Part shown: piece after piece, positions 1 to 11,900 of the stretch
How positions within the stretch are numbered: position 1 is the stretch's first letter
Layout of the letters: each line of letters begins with the position of its first letter
Origin: Mobula hypostoma
Lineage: Eukaryota
Length of the DNA: 64,000 nucleotides
Assembly (NCBI RefSeq): GCF_963921235.1
Contig: NC_086097.1
Location: 82,772,001-82,836,000 of the forward strand
Direction: 5' to 3'
Program-made: the position numbers and the translations under genes
Notes under the pieces: model-generated
The model's input: only the letters and a program-made list of their open reading frames with translations
Told to the model about the DNA's origin: nothing
The model's database searches: none

Positions 1-575
1 GCAGGCATGGCTAGGGCCCATGGGGGTGCCCACCTAGAGTCTATTGTTTCTGCTGCTCCTGATGCGGCCTCATCTACATTGGGGTGCTGCTTTGTCGAGC
101 ACCTCTGCCCCATCTGCCAAAACATTCCAGTGGCCAACCATTTTAATTCTTATCTCCATTCATATTCTGTCTAAGCAGCCACCAACCAGATGCCACGAAC
201 ATTGATTTCTCCAACTTCTGTTAATTTTTTCTCCTCCGTTTCCTTCTTCCTTCCCTCTTACACCTTCTCCTTGCCTGCCTATTACCTCTCCTGGTGTCCC
301 TTCTCCTTCCCTTTCTCGCATGATCCACTCTCCTCTCCTATCAGATTCCTTCTTCTCCAGCCCTTTACCGCTTCCACCTATCACCTCCCTGCTTCTTACT
401 TCATTTCCCCTCCCCCACCCACCTGATTTCACCTATTACCTTCTAGCTTGTCTTCCATCTCCTCTCCCCCGCTTCTTATTCTGGTATCTTCCTCCTTCTT
501 TTCCAATCTTGATAAAGTCTTGGTCCAGATTCATTTCCATAGCTGATCTGCTGAGTCCCTCCAGCATTTTGTGGA
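1..575. mobile_element. Degenerate Penelope-like element, inverted (head-to-head) junction
   Basis: 1-34 on the - strand encodes VGTPMGPSHAC (RT motif). About 38-575 on the + strand is a GIY-YIG remnant, a pyrimidine-rich 3' region and the terminal CTGCTGAGT..CCAGCATTTTGTG; it is similar to the PLE at 61994-63583. Confidence 0.7.
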
Positions 576-819
576 TTGTCCATGTCCAATTTTGAAGAAC
601 ACATCTATAATATGTACCTGCTGATGTTTGATGAGATAGCAAATAACATAACAAAATAGGTTTGATTTTGTTAACGTGACCTAGCTCTGCCATAATGCAA
701 GAGAATATCACACAGTAATATTTCTTTTGTGGAAGATTATGATCTTCTTAATAAAACAAAAGACATTGTAAAATTAAAAAAAACAAAATAAATCAAACTA
801 AACTGTCTCATGACATAAT

Positions 820-1130
820 GATGCAACTGACTCGCAGGTCCAGTGAAATGGGTTTAATCCTGATGTCCAGTGCTGTTTGTATGAAGTTTCCAAGTTCTCT
901 TGTATTGGCTTTTCTTAGGCGATCCAGTTACCTCCCACATTCCAAAGATATGTGGGTAGTTATGTTATTTGGCCACTCTATATTGCCTCTAGTGTATAGG
1001 TAAGTAATCGATTCTTGAGGGAATTGATGAAGATGTGGAAAGAATAAAACGTGATTGGTGTAGGATTAATGTAAGTGGGTGCTTGATGGTCTATAGGGCA
1101 AGTTTCAAAGCAAAAGGCTAAAGGGCGACT
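820..1130 (+). mobile_element. V-SINE/HE1-like SINE, degenerate
   Basis: Central ...CCAGTTACCTCCCACATTCCAAAGA resembles the V-domain seen in the cleaner copy at 39764. Confidence 0.55.
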
Positions 1131-1689
1131 TTCAATAATGTGTGGCTCTGACTACATTTCTTACCATTTGGTAGATTAGGGTGACTGGTTTGATTACAGT
1201 GGTATGTACTTGCAGTAACTTTATACATTGTGAGTCCATATCAGCAGCTTTAGAAGCATGTTCATGGTGGTGAAGGGGATTGAGTAATTGTAGTTACATA
1301 ATGATAGACAAATAAATCACTAAGTTGATGTAAGCAACACAAATCCATCATCAGCAATAATATTGTCAGAATCACGACAGCAGTATGCTAATAGTTGTAA
1401 ATCATGGTATGTTGACTGGCTGTTTTCATCCTTATTTGCAATGCTGTATAGTATAACACTTACAGCTATGTCTCTGTTTTTATTTAAAGGATTTTCTTCT
1501 CCATTTCCAATTAAAAGACCTTGTAACCTTAGCTATCTTTGGACAGTTTCTTCCAAACACTCTGGATGTCTAGCATTTCCCACTTTTCATCCAGATTCTG
1601 CCATCAGCAGTATCTTGACCTCATATTCGATATTTCAAACCTCCCTCTTTTCCCTATGTCCCAAAGATTAGAGACGTATATGTGTGTCT

Positions 1690-2630
1690 CAGCCACCTTT
1701 GTGACTGGTCTTCTAACAGAACATAACAGTCACCTCTCTCGTCAAGAGACCCTTTTCAGCAGCAGTCTGCTGTGTGGTAAGTCCCACAGGTGGATTGGGT
1801 TTCCCAACGGACGTATCATGTTTTGTTGAAACATCAGCAGGCATCCAATGAATCAGCTCAGCCTGAAGGTTTTCCACCTCGTTCCTCAGAAGCTCCATCT
1901 CTGTGGCATCAGGGGCTACGTTAGCAACAGAGGCTACCACTGAAGACACTGCATGGCTTTTGAAAATGCCCTGCATCTCAAACATGTTTTCCTCCTCTCT
2001 AGCTTCTCTGAGTAACTTGGTAAAAGATAGAGGAGGGGGCATTGACCTGGATGGCCATGGCATTGAGCATTCTGGAAAATTTGGGGGTTCCTGTCACTCG
2101 AGCTACATGACATAACATGACAGGTTTAGACTAGGTGTACCACACAGTTCCTCGCTTCTGCTCGTCATCCTGATTAGGAGGAAATTGCACCTTCTCAAAA
2201 GCAGCTTTGAGCACAGCGTGAATGGACAAGGTTTTCAAAAAGTTCTCTTCATTTCTCTCCTTGCATGCTCCCATGAGTATTCTGACAACAGAAGTATTTG
2301 TTCTCACAAGAATAGAAGCTCCATCATTTTTGACCAGATCTGGGTAGATCAAAACTGGTGTGTCAATAGTCTCAGTTGCTCCAACATCTGCTTCCGAAAA
2401 CGTTGGTTTCAACAACAAGTAACCACCGCATGGGTACTCATCAGTACTAAGCCCTCGACTCTCAAGGGCACTGACCAGTGTCAATGGTAAATGCGTCAAA
2501 AGGGATCTATACAGCAAAGTGACGAGAACCTGGGTCAAGTGTGGCTCTAACATAAGCACCTTCAGTCCTTATTGATACATCAGAGTCCGGTCCCACTCAA
2601 CTTTCAGGAATCACATTTTGCATTTTAGTA
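1690..2630 (-). mobile_element. Gypsy/Ty3 LTR-retrotransposon remnant (PNMA-like gag C-terminus and aspartic protease)
   Basis: PPPLSFTKLLREAREEE (gag). The frameshifted VGPDSDVSIRTEGAYVRATLDPGS/VTLLYRS...GLSTDEYP.GGY is a protease (LDTGS-like). Contains stops and frameshifts. Confidence 0.7.
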
Positions 2631-2724
2631 TTTCATCTGATACACTGATTGGAATGTATCCTCTCCAAACTGCCAGCCTTTTCTTTTATTGGGTCCCTCT
2701 TTTCTTCGCTGTTTGATTGACCAC

Positions 2725-4810
2725 TGAGGTAGTGCACATGGGTGCATTGTCCATTCAGTAATCGGATGGTGGAGGGGAGGGAGCTGTTCCTAAAACATTG
2801 AGTGTGTGTCTCCAGGCTTCTGTATCTCCTCCTAGATGGTAGCAATGAGAAGATGAGAAGGAAGCATGTCCTGCATGATGGGAGTCTTTAATGATGGATT
2901 CCTCCTTCTTGAGGCATCGCAGATTGAAGATGTCCTCGTTGCTGAAAAGGCTAGTGCCTGTGATGGGCTGGTTGAGTTTGCAACTTTCTGCAGCTTTTTC
3001 CAGTCCTGTGCAGTGGCCTCTCTATACCAGAGAGCGATGCAACCAGTTAGAACGTTCTCCACATTACATCTGTAGGAATTTGTGAGCCTCTTTAGTGACG
3101 TACAAATCTCCTCAGATTCCTGATGAAATGTAGCTGCCATCGTGTCTCCATTGTAATTGCATCAACATGTTGAGCGCAGGATAGATTTTCAGAAATGTTG
3201 GCACCCAGGAACTTGAAACTGCTCATCCTTTCCACTGCGAATCCCTCCGTGAGGATTGGTGTGTGTTCCCTTGCTTTCCCCTTCCTGAAGTCCACAGTCA
3301 ATTCTTTGGTCTCACTGACTTTGAGTGCAAGGTTTGTTGCAACACTACTCAACCAGCTATTGTATCTCACTCCTGTACACCTCCTTGACACTATTAGAAA
3401 TTCTGCCAACAACAGTTGTCTCATTGGCAAATTTATAGATGGTGTTTGAGCTGTGCCTTGCCACACAGTCATGGGTATAGACAGAGTAGAGCAGTGGGCT
3501 AAGCATGAATCCTTGAGATGCACCAGTGTTGATTGTCAGCAAGGATGAGATGTTGTTTCCAATCTGCACTCACTGTGGCTTCTCAAGGAAGTCAAGGATC
3601 CAGTTACAGAGGGAGGTACAGCGGCCCAGATTTTGAAACCTGTTGATTAGTACTGAGGGCATGATATTGTTGGACGCTGAGCTATAACCTATAAACAGCA
3701 GCTTGATGTAGATATTGCTGTTATCCAGGTGATCTAAGGCCATGTGGAGAGCCAGGGCGAATGCATCTGCTGTAGACCTATTTTGCCGATAGGCAAATTG
3801 TACCAGGTTCAGGTCCTTACTGAGGCAGAAGTTAATTCTGGCCATGACCAACCTCTCAAACCGTTTCAAAGTTCAAAGTACATTTATTATCAAATATATA
3901 ATACAATAATATATACAACCCCGAGATACATCTCCTTACAGGAAAACAAAGAAATCCAACAGAACCCATTAAAAAAGAAGACCATCAAACACCCAATGTG
4001 CAAAAAAAAGAACAAATTTTGCAAATGATAAAAAGTAAGCAAATAACATTCAGAACTAAAATTCACAAAAGGAAATTCAGAGTTTCAAAGCCACTCACAA
4101 CAGATCTGTGAGCCTGTTATTTGCAGGCCACAGCCTCAGCTCAGCACAGAGATGAAGAAAGCTTGCCGAGCAGTGAGCTGAACATTGGCACATCCCTTGC
4201 CTCTGGCCCTGACACCCAGACCTTTTCAATCTGACCCGGTGCTTAAATCGGCCAAACCTCGACTCCTTCCTCATTCTTGGACCTGAGCCCTGCCGCTTGA
4301 TACTCTCTCGGGCCTGGACTCTGCCTCCTTGATTCGGCCTGTACCCGACCTTTCCAATCTGGCCCAGTGCTTAAAATCGGTCAATCATCAGATATGAGTG
4401 AAACTGAGCAATAGTTGTTGAGGCAGACCACCCTGTTCTTCTTGGGCACTGGTATGATTATCAGCCTTTTGAAGCAGGATGGAACCCTTGTGAAGTAGCT
4501 GTGAAAGATTGAAGATGTCCTTGAACATTCCCACCAGTTGGTTAGTACAGGTTTTCAGTGCCTTATCAAGAACACCGTCAGGGGCCTGATGCTTTGCGAG
4601 GGTTCACCCTCCTGAAAGATGTTCTGACATCAGTCTCTAAGACAGATCACAGGGTCACCAGATGCTGCAAAGATTCACACAGGGGTGTATGTTATTCTCC
4701 CTTTCAAAGTGTGCATAAAAGGTGTTGAGCTCATCTGGGAGTGAAACATCACAGCAATTCATGATGTTAGGTTTTGCCTTGTAAGAGGTAATGGGTTGCA
4801 AACTGTAAAT
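2725..4810 (-). mobile_element. Rex1/Babar-type LINE, 5'-truncated, interrupted by an insertion at ~3866-4384
   Basis: RT fragments FERLVMARIN..QFAYRQNRSTADA, NTGASQG..LSPLLYS, YKFANETT, PSRRRYRSL. LINE sequence resumes at ~4385 (SLPDELNTFYAHFE). Confidence 0.85.
3866..4384 (-). mobile_element. Non-coding retroposon fragment nested in the Rex1 LINE
   Basis: Minus-strand 3' tail AATAAATGTACTTTGAACTTTGAA; internal ~128-bp direct duplication (GACCTTTTCAATCTG..GTGCTTAAATCGG at 4219 and 4347). Confidence 0.55.
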
Positions 4811-7599
4811 TGCAGTAATTGTAATGAGCAATTTCTGTGCCATGTTATCAGGAAGAACCTCCATTAGCTGTAATGCAGTCATAATCATATCTTAGTAGAG
4901 TGCCAGTAATGAATGTACTTTAGATGTGTTGAGATCTATGTGGCCCATTGTCACCACGGATGTACAATCCCTCTGCACTTCTATGTTCTATGTCATGCCA
5001 GGGTGGCCTGAGAAAATGCTTGTCTTCTCTTTGAACAGAACCCCAACTTGACACGGCTAACTTCACTTGGCTGAACTCATTTTCACACTGGAAAAACTTC
5101 CCCTTTATCTCCATTCACTATTTCACGTTTAGTTAAAGGAATCACATGGCTATAGTCTTCTTAGTCCCTGTCTAGTTCTGATGTAATCCAATTTGTCTCC
5201 CTCCACAAGTGCTGCTTGGTTTTACCAGCTGATGCATTAATTTCAGGTTTTCAGCAACTGCTGTAAGTGGGCACTATGGATTATTTTTTCTCTGTTTGTA
5301 GTTCCTGTAGAGTCTTCACTGTCTATCCACTAATATTAATCTCTACCATCCATTTTTCCTTGATCTGTAGTCGCCTGTTCTGTAGATCTCATTAATTATC
5401 TCCACTGCCCCCTTTGCAACTTAAAACTTACTTGTTATTAAAATTCTCTCACTTCAGATCAAGAGGCAGCAAGCTGAAATGTTGGTGCCGTTTTCTGCCC
5501 AAAGATGCTGCCCGAGCTATTTCAAGTACTTTCTGCATTTATTTTGGAAGTGCAGCATTTTCTTTTTTTTTAGCGTCTCGAAGTCTATATTTGCTTACCA
5601 TGATTTACCTGAAGGGCTCTTTTTCACAAGAGCTCTGAAGTTTCATTTATTCCTTTTAATCTTGTTTTGAGATGTAATGGATCAGATCTCCGCTTGCTCC
5701 TTCAAATGGAGCAGCTGAAAAGTGAGCAAGAGAATTCAAGCGCAGCATAAAATCTGCTTGCCTAACTTCTTGCTTAAATACAGAACAATTCTGCAAATTG
5801 ACAGGGGGTCTATTCCTGGTGAACACCTAAGTGAAGGCGGCAGCCAGGCTTGGGTTTTTTTCAACGGAATTTCACTTTGTATTAGACAGAAACACCTGAG
5901 TAAAATAGCCAACAGAGTCTAATCACAAAAATATGTGTATTTCCTTTAACACACAGCAAATCAAACACATAGAATTGAAGGTAGCAATTTAGCCCCAGTT
6001 TGCAGAACCAAGATGGTAGTAGTTGATAAAAATCTGACAAGTTCAGGCAAATGAAACAATCTCCATGAGACACGAATCTCATCCGGATGGTGAACCACTT
6101 AGCCACCAAGATGTGTCAGACTTGCTTTGGTATTTTACTTCAGGAAGTAAAATACCAAAGCAAGTCTGCCAAAGAAATAAACCTTCACTGAGTTCAGATC
6201 CTGAACCAAAGTGCTCAAAACAGAATTCAACTGGAAAGTTTGTAAGATCAGGAAAAATCTGAAAACAAATTGTTCTGCTTAATCTGTAAATGTTGTTCAT
6301 TACAGGCCCACCCTGGATTACGACATCCTTATTGACGAACATATTGAACATTGTGTTTGTCATTGCATATCCACAAACTCCCATTCTTATCATTAAATTT
6401 GAACATGAATCAGTCTGGTGGGGTGTGAAGAAAGCCCTGTTTATATGTAATCTTCCTGCAATAATCAGACCCCATGGTCTTCTGAGAACACACGCTCCCA
6501 GTTTCACCATGGGAGGCCATTTAAGAGATTTGCTTTGGAAATTGACAAGCAATCACTTCTTTTGATACCTATACAATGATACTGTCTTAAACAATGTGAC
6601 AGCCTTTAATTGCAGACACAGAACGTGAGACATACTGATTCTGTAACATTGTAACTGGGTAAGAGGAGATAATTAATTGATGTTGATGAGACCAATTAAT
6701 AGGTACACTTTTACAATATTGTAAAGGTGCAGTTAGCATATCAAGTGACTTATTGTATTTTCCAATTTATGACAAAATTGAGTTATGGGTATCTACAATA
6801 ATGCAGAACACCCATAACCCAGAGAAGACTTGTATCACGTATCATAATGAGTTACTTCCTAACTGAAATGCAGATGGCTCACTCACTTCTATCTTGGGTG
6901 AGAAATGACTGATGCCACAGTTTTACCCAAAGGGAGATGGTGCCAGCAGCTCCCTCTGCCCAAAAATTACCTTTGATATAAAATACTATTGCAGTATCAA
7001 AGGTGTTCCACTGGTTAAGCTGGCCTCAGGACTGTAACCACCACATCATTATATCAGCTAAAAATCCCTTTTCATCATGCTGCCAGTGTTATAAAACATT
7101 TACTGAGCTTCCATAAGTTATGAGTTATTGGAGCACAAGTAAAACGCCTTACAATCTTCTGCAAGGCAACTGCTGTCCTTGCAGGTACACTAAAATAACA
7201 CAATGGACTCAAAATATGTGAAAACTAAAATCCTTTTAAATAAGTTGAAAAATATCTCTGCTATATATTAAAAAAAAGAACCCTGTTGCCCTTATTTTAA
7301 ACACACATTTCTTTTTGTTTCTTCTCTGCCCGCTTTGCTCCAAAATATATAAGCTCAAAACATTGTCTCGTAATGTGATTTAATGTTAAATTTTTGAAAG
7401 TCGCCAGAGGAGTTGTATGATAGATGCAAGAATGATTGAATATACTTTATTTTCCTGCCTACAGTGATAATCATTGTTTTATACTAAACTGTATCACTTT
7501 TTGATCGCTACATTAAAAGATTATACTCATGTGAATTATTTAGACAAAGGAAAGGGATGCAAACTGTAATATTCCATTTGGTGTTTTTGGAGCATCATA

Positions 7600-8006
7600 T
7601 TTTTTACCCCTACACGCCTCTGTGAGCAAACAGAAAGTGACATCACTTAGGCCGATTATTACCATTGGGCTAGGATAAAATAAAAGCCTGATTCATGTGT
7701 AACTTTTCCTAGTGCATGCACTGAGTAGAGCTGAGCTGATAATGGGGCCTCTGCACTGAACTCAGTCAGCTTGGAGGATTATTTTGAGCACGGCGGGATT
7801 CATTCAAGCAAAGCTGGAACACTTTTAACCTGAGAGAGAGGAATTAAAGATCAACCCAGAGGCTCCACCCAGCAGTGCTGTGGAAGTGCATCTTACATTC
7901 TGCTGAACAGCCTGTGAAAATCAGTCTGTCCAGTTCACCTACATACCTCATCAGGAGTGTACAAGGCAATATTCCTCTCTGTATTGGTGACTGAATTTCT
8001 CTACTC
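7600..8006 (+). promoter_or_regulatory. Putative internal promoter/5'UTR of the alternative first exon
   Basis: TGACATCA (7638-7645), ATTGG (7664-7668), ATAAAATAAAA (7675-7685) and TGATAA (7737-7742) lie upstream of ATG 8007 in a stretch with few recognisable TEs. Motifs alone are weak evidence. Confidence 0.3.
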
Positions 8007-8097
8007 ATGTCTGCCCTGTCAGGAATACCTTCTGGTTGCATTGCATCTCATCAGAAGCCTTATAATATCATGGATGGGCGTTTCAAAAAATTGCAAG
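8007..8097 (+). CDS. SPTB: Candidate alternative first coding exon, MSALSGIPSGCIASHQKPYNIMDGRFKKLQ(D)
   Basis: ATG at 8007 with an in-frame upstream TGA (7992-7994). 30 codons + G, then donor AG|GTACAC at 8098. Phase 1 completes G|AT (Asp) with the exon at 29129. The end YNIMDGRFKKLQ resembles the SPTBN1 short-isoform YNQLEGRFKQLQ. Confidence 0.72.
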
Positions 8098-8879
8098 GTA
8101 CACTCTGTGCTGTGTTCGCTACTTTGATTGTAACCTATTTCTTATAGTAAAATGAAAGAGGAGAAAAAACATGTTCGTAATATCCTCAGGTGGTACAGAG
8201 TTTGTTTGTAACACATTCTGAAAATAAAATTGTCAGCTTTAATCGATGGCTTGGCTTGTATGTCACTGTTAATTGTACTTGAGCATAAAGCATTTCTGAG
8301 AATAGATATATTTAAAAAAAACGAGCAAGTGATGTGTCTCGGGACTAGAATTTATACACAAGAGGTAGTTAGGCTTCCAAAACAAGTTTAACAAAAATGC
8401 AAAATGGAATGTGTCACAGATTGCAGGATGAAGAACTACATAAATCAATCTGAGACTGGAAGCAGTTCTTTCATCTGAGTAACAGTCTTAGGCTGAACAA
8501 CGTGTGTTTCAAAAATTAAATAAATAGAGCTTTGGCGAGTTGTGTACCAGGACTGTCAGCACCATGAGTACTTTGGACTGTACACTGTGCTGCTTAGCAC
8601 TGACAGCAGATCAGTGTGTAGCCGTTGACACCAGCTGAATATCTATATCCTCCTTGAGCTGTTTGTGATCCAGCCATAGAATCCCATTTTCCAGAAATCC
8701 TGGGTTCTTTGTATTTTCTGTTCTGCTTTGGAACAAGCTAGAATAAATTATCTGGGTTTCTTCTCTTTCCTGGTAACTCTTTTTTTTTCAATTTGACTCA
8801 CCCTGAAGATAGGTATATGTGTCTAATTTTGGAATCATTATTCAGAATGACATCTTGACATCCTTTTGAGAATGTTGCT

Positions 8880-9200
8880 TGGTAGATTGTGGCCATTGAA
8901 GTAATTTTAAGTGTAGGAAATGCAGAGCAAGCTTTCATAAACAGGGATGTGATGATGATTAGGTAATTTATTTCAGTAATGCTGAATGAAGGTTGAATGT
9001 CAGCCAGGACTTTAATAATGCATCTGATTTTCAGAAGAGTGCCTTGAGACTTTTTCCATCTACTTGAGAGCTGAGGGACCTCAATTTAATGTGTCATATG
9101 GACAAAGAGCTTGGCTCCCTCACCTTACATGGATGTAAATCTTTCTTACAGCATTGTGATCAGAGCTATGCTCAGTACACGCCAGGCACTGCTGCAGACA
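8880..9200 (-). mobile_element. Old DeuSINE (SacSINE1/AmnSINE-like) copy
   Basis: Degenerate match to the recalled Deu-domain (..GTGCC.TG.GA.TTTT.C.TC.AC.TGAGAG..GG.CCTC..TTTAA.GT.TCAT..); similar to 24370-24700. Confidence 0.45.
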
Positions 9201-9739
9201 GTTCCATATTACAGGGAAAAATATGAATGTTTCCTAGGGTTAGAATTTTGTTGGCATGCTTTAATAAGATTAAGTTGTTTTTTTTGGATGAGGGGAGCCT
9301 GAGGAGGGAGAATTGGGGTGCATTAAATTTTGAGAGACATCAGGACCATTCTTGGATAGTCAAGGAGTCAAAACAAGGAATTATTAATGTATAATATCCA
9401 GTAGAAGGAAGACGAGGAAGGAATACTTTCACTAAGCCAGTGATGGGGACTGAAGGGATAGCTGAGACAAAAACCTTTATCATACATAAGATTAACTTAT
9501 GGCTATGGCAGATAAGATTCAGCTGGATAGCCTTTTTTTAAACTTGTACAGACATAATAGTCACATTGGCCTTCCATGTCATAAATTTTCTGTGATAATA
9601 AGAGGGTCAACCTGGATGTATTTTTGCTCCAGTCTCTAGAGTGACACTAGAAGCCGCAATCTTCTACAGAGAGTTGAGTGTTCCTTAGTAATTCTTCAGC
9701 ATCAAAATCTTAATGAAAATTATTCCAATTCTTTCAAAT

Positions 9740-10590
9740 TCAAGTTCAAGTTTAATTGTCATTCAACTCTACATGAATACCCATGAATACAGTCAGACAA
9801 AACAGCGTTCTTCCTGGGCCAAGGCGCAAAACTGATTATCATAAAAGGTGGCAGTAAACATACAGTCACACAAAAAATATAATATAATATAGCCCAGATC
9901 ATTGAGTGTCATGTTCTGTGGCTGATGCACATGGATGTTGTCAGCTATTGTAACATAAGAACATAAGAAATAGGAGCAGGAGTCGGCCATCTGGCCTGTC
10001 GAGCCTGCTCTGCCATTCACTAAGATCATGGCTGATCTGACCATGAACTCCTCTCCACCTACCTGCCTTTTCCCCATAACCCCGAATTCCCCTACTAGGC
10101 AAAAATCTATCCAACCTTATCTTAAATGTATTTACTGAGGTAGCCTCCACTGCTTCATTGGGCAGAGAATTCCACAGATTCACCACTCTCTGAGAAAAGC
10201 AGTTCCTCCTCATCTCCATCCTAAATCTACTCCCCTAAATCTTGAGGCTATGTATCCTAGTTCTCGTCTCACCTACCCATGGAAACAACTTTCCTGCCTC
10301 TATTTTGTCTGCCCCTTTCATGATCTTAAATGTTCCTGTAAGATCTCCTCTCATCCTCTCACAAGCCCACAGCAGTCCACAGATGAAAACAATCCAGCTT
10401 GTCTTCCACCGAGCGAACACTAGAGGGCAGCACAGCTGGGAGGGGCCAGAATGGAATTGCACCACTGCGTCTCCACCGTCTCTTCTCCAGGGCGGCTGCA
10501 ACGGGCAAGCCCGCTGCACGAGGCCTAGTCTGCACTTCAACCGAGGCCATGCAGTATCCTTACCATTGGTCTCGTTAATACACTAGTGAA
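9740..10590 (-). mobile_element. Retroposon fragment with a nested CR1 3' end (9951-10340)
   Basis: Minus-strand tail TTGAACTTGAA at 9740. The nested CR1 3' end encodes NCFSQRVVNLWNSLP and has a (CTTATGTT)n-type tail at ~9952-9970. Confidence 0.7.
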
Positions 10591-11059
10591 CAAGATTTGC
10601 AATAGTCTACATTACCAACATTCAACAGGATTTTGCTATCCACCCCAGTGTCTTTCAATCATAAAAAAATGTTTAAAAAAGACAATAAAAAGTTTTAAAA
10701 ATTCCGAGTGAACTGCCATCTTACCGGTTAATTGATAATTGTAAATTATCCTGTGATGAGACGAGGGATTAGGGTGGGTTCCTGAGTGGCATGGCTCGGG
10801 AGGGCCTGTTCTGCTCTGTGTCCCTAAATACAAGAAAAATTAAAATAAAATATACCCTGTATAGTTATAATAAATGGCTAATAATACTGAAATTTAACTC
10901 TATAAAAATACTTAATCTTACATCCTTTTGGGACAAACTGAAAAAATGCTGAACTTGTATTTTTGCAAGGAAGATCTTCCTTACACAAGGATTATGAGTA
11001 AATGGAAGCGGTTTTAAGGATAGGAATCTGGACATAGCCAGACAGCTGTTTCCTTTATA

Positions 11060-11335
11060 GATGATTTTTTTTATTTTACTGAGGTACAGTGCAGCATAGG
11101 CTCTCCCAGCCCTTTGAGCCACGCCACCCAGCAATCCCCGATTTAATTCTAGCCTAATCATAGTCCTACCAACCAGGAGGTCTTTGGACTGTGGGAGGAA
11201 ACTGGAGCAGCCAGAAGAAACCCACACAGTCATAGGGACAACGTAAAATGCCTTACAGGCAGTGATGGGATTAAACCCAGGTCGCCTGTACTGTAAAGCG
11301 TTGAGCTAACCATTATGCTACCATGCCACCCCATG
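11060..11335 (-). mobile_element. V-SINE/HE1-like tRNA-derived SINE
   Basis: Reverse complement of the head (GTGGCATGGTAGCATAATGGTTAG; GGGTTTAATCCC) and of the V-domain (TTTCCTCCCACAGTCCAAAGAC). A partial + copy lies at ~10690-10850. Confidence 0.8.
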
Positions 11336-11599
11336 GTAAGTGAGGGTTAATAATGGATGGGGCACATTTGACTATGCTACCTCATTTCCTATCCTCATAA
11401 CTTGTAGGTACTCTACCTTAATGAAAGCCAGGCATTAGCATTTTACACAGATTCTCGCCGTATTGGAGGATTTGACTAGTTAAGTGCTGGGGTGGCTGGA
11501 TGGCAGAGGAGACTGACACATGGTCTGGGTCAGATTCCTTACCACTCTTTAACTTCTCATTTAAGACCTATACTGTACCTTTGTGATTTGAAAGTATAC

Positions 11600-11900
11600 T
11601 GCTGTCCGCTCCTCATTGCTATCATCAAGGAGGAGATACAGGAGTGCGAAGACACACATTCAGTGTTGTAGGACCAGCTTCTTTCCCTCCACCATCATAT
11701 TTCTGAATGGACAATAGACCCATGTAAACTGTCTAATTTTTCCCCTCTCTTTTTGCACGCCTTATTAAATTTAATTATATATATATTTAATTGTAATGTA
11801 TAGTTTTCTATTATGTAATTGCACTGTACTTCCGCTTCAAAACAACAAATTTCATGACGTACTGTATGCCAGTGATATTAAAACTGTTCCTGATTCTTCA
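11600..11900 (+). mobile_element. Rex1/Babar LINE 3' end
   Basis: ATCATCAAGGAGGAGATACAGGAG..CAGCTTCTTTCCC..GTGATATTAAA..CTGATTCT, shared with other copies. Confidence 0.7.

Noticed and set aside
1713..2559. Domesticated PNMA-like gene
   Set aside because: Fragmented by stops and frameshifts, with scrambled domain order.
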